Shown here in pieces: positions 40,119-55,774 of a DNA stretch of 64,000 bases. Origin of the DNA: Felis catus (lineage: Eukaryota); the NCBI RefSeq assembly GCF_018350175.1, contig NC_058368.1, positions 210,306,001-210,370,000 on the forward strand, given 5' to 3'. Made by a program: the position numbers and the translations under genes. Each line of letters starts with the position of its first letter. Position 1 is the first letter of the stretch. The notes below the pieces were generated by a model. It was not told the DNA's origin. It saw nothing but the letters and a program-made list of their open reading frames with translations, and made no database searches.

Positions 40119-40470
40119 TAAGAAAAGTTGTTTTCTTAATATTATTTTAATGTATGTTTGCATTTTTAAAAATTTACTTTTCTCTCATATGGGCAGGTAA
40201 ACAGACATTTCACTGAGAAACATACAGAGTTATGTGTCTAATAGATTCCCCAAAAAGAAATCTGAATAACGCATATTTCTAAGAAGAAAAAAAATGGAAC
40301 AACTATTAAATGTAGCTATTAGATGAAGGACTAATGATTTGTCTAATAGCTATGTGTTAGAAGTATTAACGCTTATGATTTTTTTGCAGTTTTTATTTTA
40401 ATTCCAGTTAACATACAGTGTAATACTAGTTTCAGGTGTACAGTTTTGTACATGACAAAATAACTAGTTG

Positions 40471-40707
40471 TTTTTTTTTTAATGTTTATTTTTGAGAGAG
40501 AGCGAGAGTGCACGTGCAGGGGAGGGGGAGAGGGAGAGGGAGACAGGATCCTAAGTGGGCTCTGTGCTAACAGCAGACAGCCCGATGTGGGGCTCCAACT
40601 CACGAACCATGAGATCATGACCTGATGTGGGGCTCAAACTCATGCACCGTAAGATCATGACCGGGCCGAAATCAGATGCTTAACTGATTGAGCCACCCAG
40701 GTGCCCC
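40471..40707 (-). mobile_element. CAN-SINE with an internal ~40-bp duplication
   Basis: gatgtggggctc.aactca.g.acc.t.agatcatgacc occurs twice in tandem. Confidence 0.88.
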
Positions 40708-41235
40708 TTAGGTTTCTTTTTCTTTGGAGCTTGTTGAATATTTTTTCTTTTGTTCTGACTATACCTTGAGAGCATATTTCTCTTTGATGTTAGATTCAGA
40801 CATTATAATAAAATTGAAATCTGTATTATACTTGTGATGTATATAATGTTATGTGAAGACATCTCAAAAATTTAGGAATAGAGTAGTAATGATAATTCTC
40901 ACTGTTGCATTCCTGAGATTTGTGTAGGTGTGGCTCAACATAAAATTTTTTAGACTTTAAAATTTTTTTCAGGCTTCTCTTGGTTAATACTGAGTAAGAA
41001 AGCACCTAATGAAAAATATCTTTTTTGGGGAAAAAATATATATAGTTTTCACCATGAACTATCCTAGATTCTAATTTTAACTATGATAGAAGCAGTGTTT
41101 CCTGTGTTAAAGTCTATTTCTGCAGTTAAGCTCTAACTTCCTTTTAAAACGCACAGATTATCTGCTGTTGCTAAAAAAGTAGCTGAGGATTGGAAGGTAT
41201 ACTTTTTTTCATGTAAAATCCTAGCCATCTTGTAG

Positions 41236-41661
<426 letters not shown>

Positions 41662-42396
41662 TGATGTGCGATACTTCAGTATGTCCCATCCGGTAGGATG
41701 GCTTCCTGTTGGCCGTTCCAGCTTCATGAGGTGTCATCTCCACCTTCTAACCCACAGATTCAGCAACAATTATTCAACAGTGCAGGGTATGCTTGTCATC
41801 TTGGGGTAACCTTACAGAGCCCTTCTTTTACTCTTAAAAGTGTTGTGATTGAAAAATCTAATACTGGCTTTTTGGCATGTATTGCCTACAAAAAGTAAGA
41901 ACTGCAGTAGAATATATTGATTGAAAATGTAGGAGTAAATTCACAGATAGTATTCTGTTACATTTCCTCAGGCGTCTGCTGGCTATTATTACATGTTTCA
42001 AAAGAAGATAATGTATGTTTGATAATTTTTGTATTTATTTATGATATATTTGGAAGTTTATATTTGAAAATTCAGATTTTTGGAAAAAAACTTGAAAATT
42101 TGTATTTAGTAAGAAAATAATTTTTAAAAGATAATTTAAATTTGATACTGTTACCCTTTAAAGTTGGTACTAATTCAGTTGTTTCAGATTTGAGGAATAT
42201 GGATTTTACCAGTTATTCAATATTCCTTCAAGAAATATAAATCCAGTTAATTATGCAAGATCTGGATTTTGCTAGGAGGAACTGTCAATGACTGAAGAAA
42301 GATAGATTTTGTTGTTGTTGTTGTTTGTTAAGTAGGAACTCTCTACTGAGGAATAGGATGTGGAAAACTAGGACTGGCATTGGTGCCGTCTTTGTT

Positions 42397-42592
42397 ATTT
42401 TATTTTTATTTTATTTTATTTTATTTTATTTTATTTTATTTTTTTGAGAGAGAGCACACACGTGCAAGCAAGGGAGGGGCAGAGGGAGAAGGAGAGAAAG
42501 AATCTCACACAGGGCTTGATCTCAAAACCATGAGATCATGACCTAAGCCAAAGTCAAGAGTTGGATGCTTAACTGAGCCACCCTGGTGCCCC
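42397..42592 (-). mobile_element. CAN-SINE with (TTTTA)n tail
   Basis: Antisense head gagccaccctggtgcccc. Confidence 0.85.
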
Positions 42593-44386
42593 AAAAGTTA
42601 CAAACTTTTGAAGGAGCCTTAGATTTATAACAGATATAGCAAATATCAGTAGTTAACTTGTTTCAGTACATATTTTTGTGTCACATGGCTGAAGAATTTA
42701 AAGGAAGAATACAATATTTTACATATAACATATAATCAGTATGGTTCATATTCAAAGTTGTGCTAACAAGTCAACAAATCTTTAAGGCAGTTTAGGAATA
42801 GAAAATTGTAATGTAATGATGATTCAAGCATCTTTTAAAAACCCAAGTCTTCTCTTGTCCCTGCTATATTTAGATCACTTGTTGACCTCAAACAAACCGT
42901 TATAAAGGCCTTCTGGAGTGCTTTGCTTTTCTTTAGCCTGATCAAGTGCTGCTCAGGCAGCCGCTGACTGTCCTTTTCCCTGCGATCACATGTACTACTT
43001 TCAGTTCCTTGAAACTCCTTACACACTGCTGCGTGGAGGCCTTTATACTGGCTGTTCCGCTGTTTGGAGTATTCTCGCCCCTTCCTTTGGTTTGCTGACC
43101 TTACTCCTACTCAAGCTTTTATCTCAGCTTGAACAATCAGTTTATCAGAAGGCCTCTCACACTAGATTACACAGCAGTTTCCATACCATTTCTATTTGAA
43201 TAATACCTGTTTTCCTCAGTAAGCTGAGCTGCTGACAGGAGCAATGTCTGTTGATACAGGTTATTCCTAAAGTCTGCATATTGTAAGTTTTGATGGTTAT
43301 TGCTAAATTACTTTCCAAAAACTGTTCTCATTTTTAAAATTTGTAATTGTTTTTAGTGAGCTTGACTATCTTTCCAGACGTATATTGGCCAATTGTATTG
43401 CTTTTGTGTCTTCCCAATTTTCTCTTGATTTGTGATAGCACATATATATTAGGGAAAATGATTTTTTTTGTCATATAAGATATAAATATATTTTCATAAC
43501 TTTGTATGCCAGGTGGTTTCCTTGCCTCTAGTTTTGTATTCCTTGGGGCCATTCTCTACTCTCCAATCAGAATATTCTTTTTATTGTCCTGGTCAGTTCT
43601 CTTGCCTCCCAGCCTTTGAACGTGCCATTTCTTCTGCCTAGAGCAGTGGTTCCAACTTTTTAAAAGTTTCATTAGTATAGAAATTATTGTTCTTCTTTGG
43701 GATCTGCTGGTTGTAAAGATTACCCTTCCTAACTAACCCCTTTATACTTTTCATATTCACTAAATTGGTTATTAAATTAGCTCATCACCAGCCTGTCATC
43801 TTTAAAGACCTGTAACATCATGTCTGCCTACCACACCCTTCAGCATGGATCGTGGTGACCTTATGCTTAGCACAGTGCTGGCATAGAGTGTGCTCTTTAT
43901 AACGAATGTGGAATGAGTCAGTAGTTGTGACTGCTGTAGGGAACTCTCTCATTGGAAAGGAGCCGGTGCTTTGTGACGCTTGTTGCCTGTTGCTTCTTCC
44001 TCTGGTTTCTTCACTGTACTTTAGATAATGAGATAACTGAGCTTGCTGAGCAAGGTGGAAGAACACAGCATTGCAAAGTTTGTCTGATCTTTCATGACCT
44101 TTTTATAATCCTCATTCACCTTTGTGTACCAAGAGGCAAGTGATAAGAGAGTAAATCTTAAAAAATAGTAAAAAACATGAGGGTATAGATATTGCTATTC
44201 TATAACTTTGTATTTTTACTTATGTTCTTAAGAACTTCTATTTGGTGAACAGAACTTCATGTATATGCTAAGTAACTTGGGTTGAAATTAAACTTATGAG
44301 AACACATACAGTACCTAGGGCAGTCTCATTTGAAATGTACGATGTATAGAAATGGAAATATTTTTATGCTTCCTACTTTTTTATAG

Positions 44387-44557
<171 letters not shown>

Positions 44558-45609
44558 TGACTGTGGTCTTCCCATCTCCTTTCCATTTTCATGGAAATAT
44601 TAACCATAAATCAGTAGTAATCCATACTTAGAATTTGTTCTTTTGTTAATACAAGTGTGACATTTAATTATTGGCAGTATTTGTCATTGAAGTGTGGATG
44701 TAGAGGTTAAGTAATAGATAATGATTGCTGACACAGCGATGGAGATGGACCTTCACAGTTTCTAAGTGTCATTGAATGTGGTCACTAAAGGTGCACCTCC
44801 CGTAATAAACTAGAGCCTTAATAATCTCTTTCAATTGCTTCTACCATGTCATTTCATGATATATGAAATAAATTGTATAATGAATGACCCTATGAGATAT
44901 TTAACACAGATATTTAACAAGAAGCTATAAAATTAAGGTTTTGATGCATTGGTATTGAATTAGGGTATTCATATACTTCCAAAATGATTATTCTAAAAAT
45001 GGACTTCTCAATAATTGTCTTTGCAACCATAGAACCACTGACCTATTTCTTTTTCTATATTTTAAATCTATTATACTGATTATTAGCTAGTGTTCCCTTT
45101 GGCTAAGTTGATGGTAATGAGAATCAGTTCTCTAATCTTTTCTCTTTATATTGCTACCTTTTGAGACCTATTCAGGGAGGTTAAGTAACTTGCCCAAATT
45201 CAGATAGGTAATAAATAAATAATAGGGCAGATGGCTCCAAATTACGTGTTTGTTTTTCTCTACAACGCCTTTTAAAAATTCAACGTCTTGGGTTTGTTGC
45301 GATTCTTTTTTGTTTTTAGCTAGGAAAATAATTGACAGTTCCGTCAGGTTGCCTGCATAGCCTAATCCTCTCAAATACTAGTTGCTTCATGTAGGTAAGC
45401 TCTCAAGGTAAGAACACACTTAATACATCTTCTAGAACATTTTCAAGGAAATGTCAGCCACTAACAATCCAAATATCTAGAGATGCCAGTAAAGGAAGAA
45501 GATGTTTTTGAGAAAGTTAGATATGCCCAAGAATGGCAAATTTTTAAATAAAAATATAATTTTACTTTTTTGCACATGAGATTTAACAATATCTACTTTT
45601 CCCTTTTAG

Positions 45610-45756
<147 letters not shown>

Positions 45757-46091
45757 TGATGATTTTAATTAGATTTATAATTGCTGCCCACAAAAAGCGA
45801 TTTTCGAGTAAATGTGTATTTGAAGCTTTCTTTGATCCTTGTATCATTCTTTGAGATGTTTTAACTTTGTGTTTCTCAACAGGGGTACTGTTGGCATTTG
45901 GGGAGGGAAAATTACTCACTTAGCCTAATTGTTAAATATGTCCTAGAATATTAACATTCTTGGCCCCAATCAGTAAATGCCACATGCCATTAACACTTCC
46001 CCATTATTATGACAATCAAAACATACTCTCTGGAGGGATGTATAGAAATGGATCAGAACATTGACAGATATACCCAAATTCTCTTTTTTAG

Positions 46092-46280
<189 letters not shown>

Positions 46281-49141
46281 TAATTTTACATAAATTTCAG
46301 AATTCAATGATGATAATTTTTCTAGAGAAAGAAAGTATATATTTTCCCCAGTGCAGAGTTGAATCGTATTTGTATTATTTGACATATACCATGTGGTAAT
46401 ATTATGTGTCTGATAAACTTCCCCCTCCAAAACTGTTTTACTTGTCATACAACATATAATCTATCAGTTTCCACTGTTACTTCACAGATAACCAAAATGC
46501 TATGCAAAAATATATGCAATACATCAAGTATATTATATGTTCATAATATATACTTAAAATAATTAGAACTTTAAGCAGTTTTATATCACAAGCTTGGGTC
46601 TCTTCTTTAGTCTTGACATACTACTAAAATATTCCCCTAAGAAGTCCTCTTTGATTATTTACATCTGTTAGTCTATTTATAAAACCTACATAAATAGTCA
46701 GAATTATTTCATTCTCTTTAATTATTTATGATACTCTTTCAGTGTTATCAAATTTAATATGAAGAACTTAATGAAAATATGCCAAGTGTCACAGTATTAA
46801 AGCTTCCATTTAGCTTATTTGTTTACATAAATAATTATGTTCATTTGATTCTTTTTGCCGTGTTTGGTCTTGAGTATGAAGACATAATGGCCATAACATA
46901 TGTTAGAAAACTACTTCAACAAAGATCTTTTCTAATTAAATGAAAGAAATACTTGTTTTCATTCATTCAACAAATACTTGAGACATATATGCTGAATGTT
47001 GTTGGATGTTGGGTATATATCAATAAGTGTAATGACAAAAATTCCTGGCCTTACAGAGTGAGAAAGTAGACTACACAGAAAGGTATAAAGAAGATACCAG
47101 AATGTAGACATCAGGTTAATGGAGGAACCCAGTGAGGAAGGAAGAAAAGCAGGATAGTGAGGTGTAAAGTACATTTCCCAATAGGTTGACTTCAGAGAAG
47201 TGAGGTGGGGGTGGAAAAGAGAAAAAGGTAAAAAACAAACAAACAGGCAAACAAAAGCCCAGTTGAATTTAAAAGAAATCTGGAGGAGAGCAATTAGAGG
47301 CAAGGAGAATACAAAACTCTCAAAATGTTTTCCTTATAAAATGGAGTAGAGAAAAGAGGTAGTAGCTGAAGGAGAATGGCAAGGTCAAGATAAATTATAG
47401 CATGTAATTTGGGAACAATATCTTAGAGGAAATGTAATGAGCGAAGAGCATGGCTGGGGTGATGTTCATGAGTAGCAGAGATGAAATGGGAAATAGTGAA
47501 CAATGTAGAGATTGCCCTTAGATTAGGAGGTAAGGCACGGGTGTACCTAAGCAGGTGAGAAGAGGTAGTGGCAGGAACTTGGGGAGGTTCCCTTCTGCCA
47601 GTTTCTCGGTGAAATGCTGAGAGTAAAGCATAGGGTAAGAGATTTGGGAGATCTGAAGAGAAGATCTGAAGGGAGAAGGTGCAAAATAGTTGCTTAGGAG
47701 TGAAGGCATGGGAGAAGATTGAATTATAGGAGGCCAGCCAGGCAGTGCTCAGGATCCACCTGAAGTTGGTGATTAGGAATTTGGAATGAGACCAGTCAGC
47801 AAAGTTGGGGGCCTCACTCCTGAAGGGTACAGCTCCATGGGTGCAGGCTCAGAGTGGCCAGGGAGTTGGATCCTAACCAGGGTATGGTCTTGCTTAGCAA
47901 GTACAGGGAAGCAAGAGAGAAAAGAAATGGGGATGATGGAGCATAATTATCCTCAAAGACTACGGAATCTGAGCTGATAAAGGAAGCAGCAGGATATCAG
48001 GGTATTAAGTGGCAATATAAAGGTGGTACAATGATTGGATGGTTGGTCCAGATAGAGTCAGTCAGTGGAATTGGATATTAGGTGAAGGTATTGCTTGGAA
48101 ACAGGGATGCTTTAATGAGATAATAAGGAAGGGAGGGCAGTAAGAGGTTTAGGGATGACTGAGAATGAGTAGTTGAGGTGGAGTGGAGGATGAGATCACT
48201 GGAGGAAAGGAGGTCAAGGAAGTGAAAGACCCCCTAGGATATTGAAAAAAGGATCACTGGTGTGGACGTTGAATTCATCAGGAATTGTGCTGAGAGTAGG
48301 GTTGAAAGATTTAGAGTCTGAGCTCAGAGCTCGCTCAGCGCTTCAGTGAATGAAGTGAAAACGTAGCCTTTTCAATTCGGTGAGCTATCTTTTTTTTGTT
48401 GTTGTTAAAAAATGTCAGATTTAACCAAAAGTTAGCAGAATAGTACAAAGAATTTTTGTATATACTTCACTCAGATTCATTTACTTTATCTTTCTCTCTG
48501 TATATGTATTTTTCCTTAATCTTTTCAAAGTTGAATTCCAGACATGATGCCTCTTTGCTCCTAAATGTTTCAGTGTCTGTTTTCTAAAAATAAAGACATT
48601 TTCTTACTAACCAAATACAGTGACCAGATCAGGAAATGAACTTTGATACAGAGCTGTTTCTGTACACCTTACTCAGATTTTGCGAATTGTTCTAAAATAT
48701 TCTTTGTAAAAAAAAAAATCCCAAATCATGCATTGTATTCAGGTGTCCGTCTCCCTAGTTTCCATTCATCTGGAATAATTTCTCAGTCTCTATTTGTGTC
48801 TTCTGACATTGGTGTTTTCGGAGACTATAGGCCAGTTTTTTATTAGGTGTCCCTGAATTTGAGTCTGGTATTTTCTCATGTTGGATGCAAGTTTTGCATT
48901 TTTGGTGGGAATACTGCAGCAATGACATTGTTTTCTTAGTGCTTCATAGCAGGAGGCACATGATGTCAGTTTATCCTGTTATTGGTGATTATTTGGTGAA
49001 CATGGTACCTGCCTGGTTCCTCTACTGTGATATTACTGTTTTCTTCTTTGCAGTTATGGATCCTGTATAGAGATATTTTGAAATATAAATATCTTATTCT
49101 TTTATGATTTTTCCTAATCATTTTTTTCTTTTATCTTCCAG

Positions 49142-49323
49142 AATGGTACTGGGAATGTCTTTTGAGACCGTGGTTTTATAGGATACTTGCTGTGGTTTTG
49201 TCCATCTTCTCTGTGATTGTTGTGTGGTCAGAATGCACATTCTTTAGCACTACACCTGTCTTATCCCTCTTCGCAGTCTTCATACAGCTGGCTGAGAAAA
49301 CATACAATTATATTTATATAGAG
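49142..49323 (+). CDS. LMBRD2: LMBRD2 exon 10
   Basis: ttccag|AATGGTAC...ATAGAG|gtcagt; 182 nt; [34 protein letters not shown]...YIYIE. Confidence 0.96.
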
Positions 49324-49824
49324 GTCAGTTTATTTTACATCTGTCATAAACATACGTCAGTTCATAGTCTAGTCATCAACTGTGTTTTTTCTTTATATAA
49401 TCTAATAATAATGAAAGCAGTGAAGTTGCCCATAGTGTTATTCAGACTTTCAAAAATGAGCTTCATCCATTTATCAGACCATAAAAACTAAAAATTGTGT
49501 TTGAGGAGGGATGACAAGGTGCAAAATAGTGCAGAATTCTTTTATGAGAATACTTTGATCCTGTTGATGCCAGTGAAGCTGCATAATGTACAGTCTTCGC
49601 GGGAAGGGTAGCCAAGGGCACGGGAGAACGGGCTCACTTCAGGAGGTGGTTTGAAACTTATGGACAGGATATTGAACTGGTAAGACGTAGATTTTTTTCA
49701 TAAATTCATTTTCTTAGGTGGTTAAAAAAAACCCTGTTACTGTGTTTAAACCAGCTACAGGTGTTTAAAACCTGAACTGTGTTCTAAAATTTTTAGAATG
49801 TCAATAAATGTTAGCTGGAGATAA

Positions 49825-50052
<228 letters not shown>

Positions 50053-50793
50053 TAAGTAGGAGTGTGTTTAGACACAAGGGAGTGACCCCACTGCATGTAG
50101 TCTATGGATGTCCCTTTTCTTTCTTATTGTTTCTGAGCATTCCACTAACACCTGCATTTATGTGAGCTCATTGATTACGTTTAAGCATTAGATGTTTGCT
50201 GACTGCTAGCTAAATCGTGCTTGAAGTTTAAGGTTATAATACAAGAGGTTTACTAGGTTAGGAACGAAAAGAAAGACAACCTGGACTTACAAGTTAGAGA
50301 TTCAATAAATAGGTTGGTAAATACTAGGACCATTTGAGAGTTTAGAGGCTAAGTCAGACCTAGAGTGTTCGGTGATTAAGTGGCATCAAGCTGCATTGGG
50401 AAGGACTTAAAATGAACAGGAATATCCTTTGCTAAGAGAGTATTGCTAGTAATAGCTAGGTTGTGCTATTGTTTGTCCCTGTTGGTAAGTTGGTCATATT
50501 AGGTATTTATAAAATAGGCTGCACTTAGGCAGGTTCCCAGAGAAATCCATATCTGAAGCATCTTTAAGACTTTTTTCTTTAAATCTTTTTTCCCTCAAAT
50601 AATTATAGAGTCACAGGAAGTTGCAAATACAGTACAAAGGGTCCTACTAACTAACCTTCACCCAGCTTCTCCGAATGGAGAAATTTTATATAGCTATTGT
50701 ACAATATCCAAACCAGGAATTGTACATTGATATATTACTCTGAATTAGGTTACAGACCTTATTTAGTTCTTACCACTTTTTATCCTTCATTCA

Positions 50794-50834
<41 letters not shown>
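50794..50834. repeat. (GT)n microsatellite within an old L1-like fragment
   Basis: Directly visible. Confidence 0.9.
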
Positions 50835-50838
<4 letters not shown>

Positions 50839-51351
50839 TCACATAACCACCACCACAATCAAGATACAGAACTGTTCCATCATCACAAAATAACTCCCCA
50901 TATTTCCTCTTTGTATTCACACCCTCCCTTCATTTTCCTCACCACCTGTTCTCCAACTCTATAGTTCTGTGAGGTTCTCTTTTTATCTGGACAAAACTGA
51001 GCTCTAACAGTTCTTTGTACCTGAACTTGTCAGAGTGACCTACTTCAATACAACTTCAGCTCCTTTATGTACTGAGTACAGTTCCCCTCGAGGATATTGC
51101 TGTCCTGGTCATGTGGACACGGATTGCACAGATGGTAGATTTGAATAAAGTGCATACGAACATTCTTCAGGTACTGCACAAATCTTAGGATGAAACAGTG
51201 ACAGACACAACCAAAGCAGGCAGCCTGAGGCTGGAGTTTTGCCCTGATGTTTTAGGGCGATGTGATTAATAGGATATTCAGAATGTCTCTCAAATAAGGG
51301 CAGTTTGCATTAAGAATTCAAGATACATGTAATACAAATAGATGAAAATAA

Positions 51352-51549
<198 letters not shown>

Positions 51550-52181
51550 TAGATTTGTTGTCTCTACAAGATGTATTATTGTGGAATTTCTTTTAATGCC
51601 AGCAGAAATGTTCTATAGTGTTATTAGGATTTTTTTAAATATCAAACTTATTTTAAAGGTTGTATCTGACTGGGTAAAAATGATTTTGTTCTCTTTTATT
51701 GTAAAAAAAAACACAAAGTTTTTTGGTTCACATAGGTTGACCAGATGAGCAATATCAATAGACCTGATCTATAATATTAGCTTTCATATTTATAATCTTC
51801 ATGTACATGATAATTTTTAGTAATATTTATAAAATATTAATTTTCTTTATGTGAAAACCTTAATAAATAAGCAAATTCGATATTAGTGACATATAACATT
51901 GTATGTAGTGTAAGGTGTACAATAGAATGATTCGATACGTGTAGATATTTTGAAATGATTGCCACAAAAAGTTAACACCCATCACCTCACATCGTTACAA
52001 GTTTTTTTTGTGATGAGAACTTAAAATCAGTCCATTTAGTGCTTTATTTCTACTTTTTGAAAAGTCCAAATTTGTTAATAAGACTGGTGATGAGTGAATT
52101 TTTTTAATGGTGGAAAGGAATGAAAAATACAGAATTGTACTAATTTAACTTACTTTTTTTTTTTTTTTTTTGCCTCTTTAG

Positions 52182-52280
<99 letters not shown>

Positions 52281-52642
52281 TAAGAAACTTAACATCAGTT
52301 ATTTTTCCTCTCACTCTTATTCAATCTGGATATCCTTTCTCCTTAAAGCCTTTTTAAATATTCAGTTGTTAGGTTTTGGTTGTTGTTTGTTTTATTGTGG
52401 CTTTGGGAGAGCAAGGGATAGCTTAAATGCTTTGCTTAAATGATCAAGTCAGGTTCTCCCTCTGAAGGGATTTTTAAGAAAAGAGAAGTAGAGTTATTCT
52501 TTTACAAGTTTTTAGATTACAAGATAATAGGATAGAATGTTAACTCTTAAGTTCTGGCCTTCAGCACTGACAGCCAGCGTAGCTCATAAAATACCCCCCC
52601 CAGGCCCATCTTTTATCCAGTAACATAAATGAATCTGAGGGT

Positions 52643-52822
52643 GGGGCACCTGGGTAGCTCAGTCAGTTAAACAACTGACTCTTGATTTCAGCTCAGGTCT
52701 GATCTCATGGTCAGAACAGTGCGGAGCCTGCTTGGGATTCTGTCTCTCCCTGTCTCTCTGCTTCTCCCTGGCTCTCAGACATACTCGCTCTCAAAATAAA
52801 TAAATAAACTTGAAAAAAAAAA
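52643..52822 (+). mobile_element. CAN-SINE
   Basis: Head ggggcacctgggtagctcag and A-tail; degenerate TSD aaatga.tct.agg. Confidence 0.88.
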
Positions 52823-53243
52823 ATGAGTCTTAAGGCTTTCCCCACAATCATCACCAGGTTTCTAGATGCCTCAGACCTTAGCCAGCACAAAGCATCAGGT
52901 GAGGAGCAACTGTAATCAGGCAGTACATACATGTGAGGTTGGACAGGAAAGGACACAGGGTATGTTTTTTTATAGGATTAGAAAGATGCTTGATTCTTGG
53001 CAAGAGTGTGACTCACAAGGAGGTAAAGACAGATCTACTTGGCTTCTAGCACCCTGTCTCCCCTACTTCCACGTCAGGTACCCTCATCCTGTACTGTGTC
53101 TGCCCTCTTCTGCTGATTGCTTAAGTGTTCTGTGACAAGCCAGAAATACCACTTTAAAAAAAAAAATTGATGTTAATCACTTCGCTTTTCTGATGAAAAT
53201 GTTTTCTCCAACCACTTTTCATTTAAAACTTCCAATACCATTA

Positions 53244-53468
53244 GGGGCGCCTGGGTGGCTCAGTCTGTTGAGCGTCCAACTTCAGCTCAGGTCATGATCT
53301 CGCGGTCCGTGAGTTCGAGCCCCGCATCAGGCTCTGTGCTGACAGCTCGGAGCCTGGAGCCTGTTTTGTATTCTGTGTCTCCCTCTTTCTCTCTCCTTCC
53401 CTGCTCATGCTCTGTCTCTCTCTTCTCAAAAATAAATAAACGTTAAAAAAAAAAAATTAAAAAAAAAA
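53244..53468 (+). mobile_element. CAN-SINE
   Basis: Perfect TSD aaaacttccaataccatta. Confidence 0.93.
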
Positions 53469-53579
53469 ACTTCCAATACCATTAGTTATTACAGATAATG
53501 TATATGTACTCATTAAGAAGTTAAGTAAACAAATATTGTTTGAAATAAATTCTCTATTGGATGTTTTAAAACGTTTATA

Positions 53580-53722
53580 GGGATGCCTGAGTGGCTCAGT
53601 CGGTTGAACGTCTGTGCTCAGGTCATGATCTTACAGTCCGTGAGTTGGAGCCCCGCATTGGGCTGTCTGCTGTCAGCCTGTCAGTGCAGAGCCCACTTCG
53701 GATCTCCTGTTCCCCTGTCTCT
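53580..53722 (+). mobile_element. CAN-SINE truncated in its CT tract
   Basis: Head present; the tail is replaced by the left arm of the inverted duplication. Confidence 0.85.
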
Positions 53723-54558
53723 GTATAGTGTCTTCCTTTACTACATCATTTTCACAGTATAAACAAACCTATTGTCTTTTTTACCTTATAGAAAAAAAAC
53801 TTGAAAATCAGACGTATTAGCAGTTCATATTAACAGTTTTATTTGAAAATATAATCTCTTATTTTACCTATGAGAAGGCAAAATATAAATGTTTTAATTT
53901 TTTAAAACATTTTTCTTTATTTTTGAGAGAGAGATTGAGACAGCGCGTGAGCTGGGGAGGGGCAGAGAGCGAGGGAGACACAGAATCTGTAGCAGGCTCC
54001 AGGCTTTGAGCTGTTAGCACAGAGCCTGATGCAGACCTCAAACCCTGAACCGTGAGATCATGACCTGAGCTTTTACTTAAACTGCGTTCGCTAGGACTAA
54101 TATAAATGGTATTGTTTTTTATTTCAAGCTTTTATTTAAATTCTGTTTAATGTAGGTGCGCCTGTGTGGCTCAGTCCTAAGCGTCCGACCTCATCTTAGG
54201 TCATGATCTCACGGTTCACGACTTTGAGCCCCGCGTCAGGCTCTCTGCTGACTGCTCGGAGCCTAGAGCCTGCTTTGATTCTGTGTCTGCCTCTCTCTCT
54301 GCCCCTGTCTCGCTCTGTCCCTCTCTCTCTCTCGCTTTCTCTCTTTCAAAAATAAATAAAAATTAAAAAAAAATTAAAACATTTATATTTTGCCTTCTCA
54401 TAGGTAAAATAAAGGATTATATTTTCAAATAAAACTTTTATTTATGAACTATTATGAACTAATAATACGTCTGATTTTCAAGTTTTTTTCTGTAAAGTAA
54501 AAAAGACCATAGTTTTGTTTATACCGTGAAAATGACCTAGTAAAGGAAGACACTATAC
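53723..54558. repeat. Large inverted repeat (arms ~53723-54070 and ~54195-54558)
   Basis: Non-SINE sequence 53723-53900 is the reverse complement of 54371-54558 (e.g. gtatagtgtcttcctttacta / tagtaaaggaagacactatac). The arms continue inward as oppositely oriented SINEs. Confidence 0.95.
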
Positions 54559-54619
54559 TTTGCATGTCCAAAACTTAGTTTTGATTATATGTTTATTCAT
54601 TTTAAAAGTTTATAAAACT

Positions 54620-54825
54620 GAGGCATCTGCGTGGCTCAGTCAGTTGGGCATCCTGTTCTTGATCTTGGCTCAGGTCATCATCCCAGGGCCACGGGATTGA
54701 GCTCTGTGTCGGGCTCTGTACTGTGTGGAGCCTGCTTAGGATTCTCTCTGTCTCTCTTCCTCTGCCCCACTCCCCCACTCACACTCTATCTCTAAAATAA
54801 AAAAATAAAAATAAATTTAAAAAAA
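54620..54825 (+). mobile_element. CAN-SINE
   Basis: TSD aagtttataaaact. Confidence 0.88.
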
Positions 54826-55557
54826 ATTTTTAAGTTTATAAAACTATTAATGAAACATTAAGAGCTTGTGATGTGTGAATTATGTTTTCACACATTAGTA
54901 GTTTTGTTGGCAAGATTAGCATCTCTTCCTACCTTATTAGATTGTTATGTGGATCAGGTAATAGATGGGTAGAATAACTAATGGTTTATCAACTATAAAT
55001 CTTAAATATAAAGAATTATGTCTAAAAGAAAATTTGTTAAAATTGAAAATAATCCATTAAAGGTATTGTTTTAGAATTAGGATAAACTTTGATTGACAAT
55101 TTATCTTTTATTATTTTATTTTATTTTATTTTATTTTATTTTATTTATTTTTTAACAAGTTGAGTTTTTATTTTAGTTCAAAGTCACAATTTGTCTTTTA
55201 GGAAAAGGGCAGATTTCTTGAATTTTCAAATTACCTTTCAAAATAGATATTCTATTATAGAAACGTATGAAGCAATGCCTTACTGACGTTTTAATGGTAA
55301 CTTTCTTCCTAGTTCTGTTTTCTTTGGAATGCTGCCATAATTAGTCTAATTTCCGTATTACTAACAACACAGTCATGCCCAGAGTTCATATTCAGACTTA
55401 ACTGCCTAGAGAACATAAGGCTGTTTCCTGATACTTTAGGAAAAACTATGACCTTCCCAGAGACCATGATCTAGTTTGGGGCTTCTCATACTAGGGTGTC
55501 ATATTCCTACAAGGCTATGAAGATAGTAAAGGAATATTTAAAGTCACAGAATTAGCA

Positions 55558-55774
55558 GGGCGCCTGGGTGGCTCAGTCAGTTAAGCATCCAACTTCAGCT
55601 CAGGTCATGATCTCACACTCCGTGAGTGAGTTCGAGCCCCATGTTGGGCTCTGTGCTGACAGCTCTGAGCCTGGAGCCTGCTTCGTATTCTGTGTCTCCC
55701 TCTCTCTCTGCCCCTCCCCTGCTCATGCTCTTCTCTCTCTGTCTCAAAAATAAATAAAAACATTAAAAAAAAAA
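55558..55774 (+). mobile_element. CAN-SINE
   Basis: Perfect TSD ttaaagtcacagaattagca. Confidence 0.93.
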
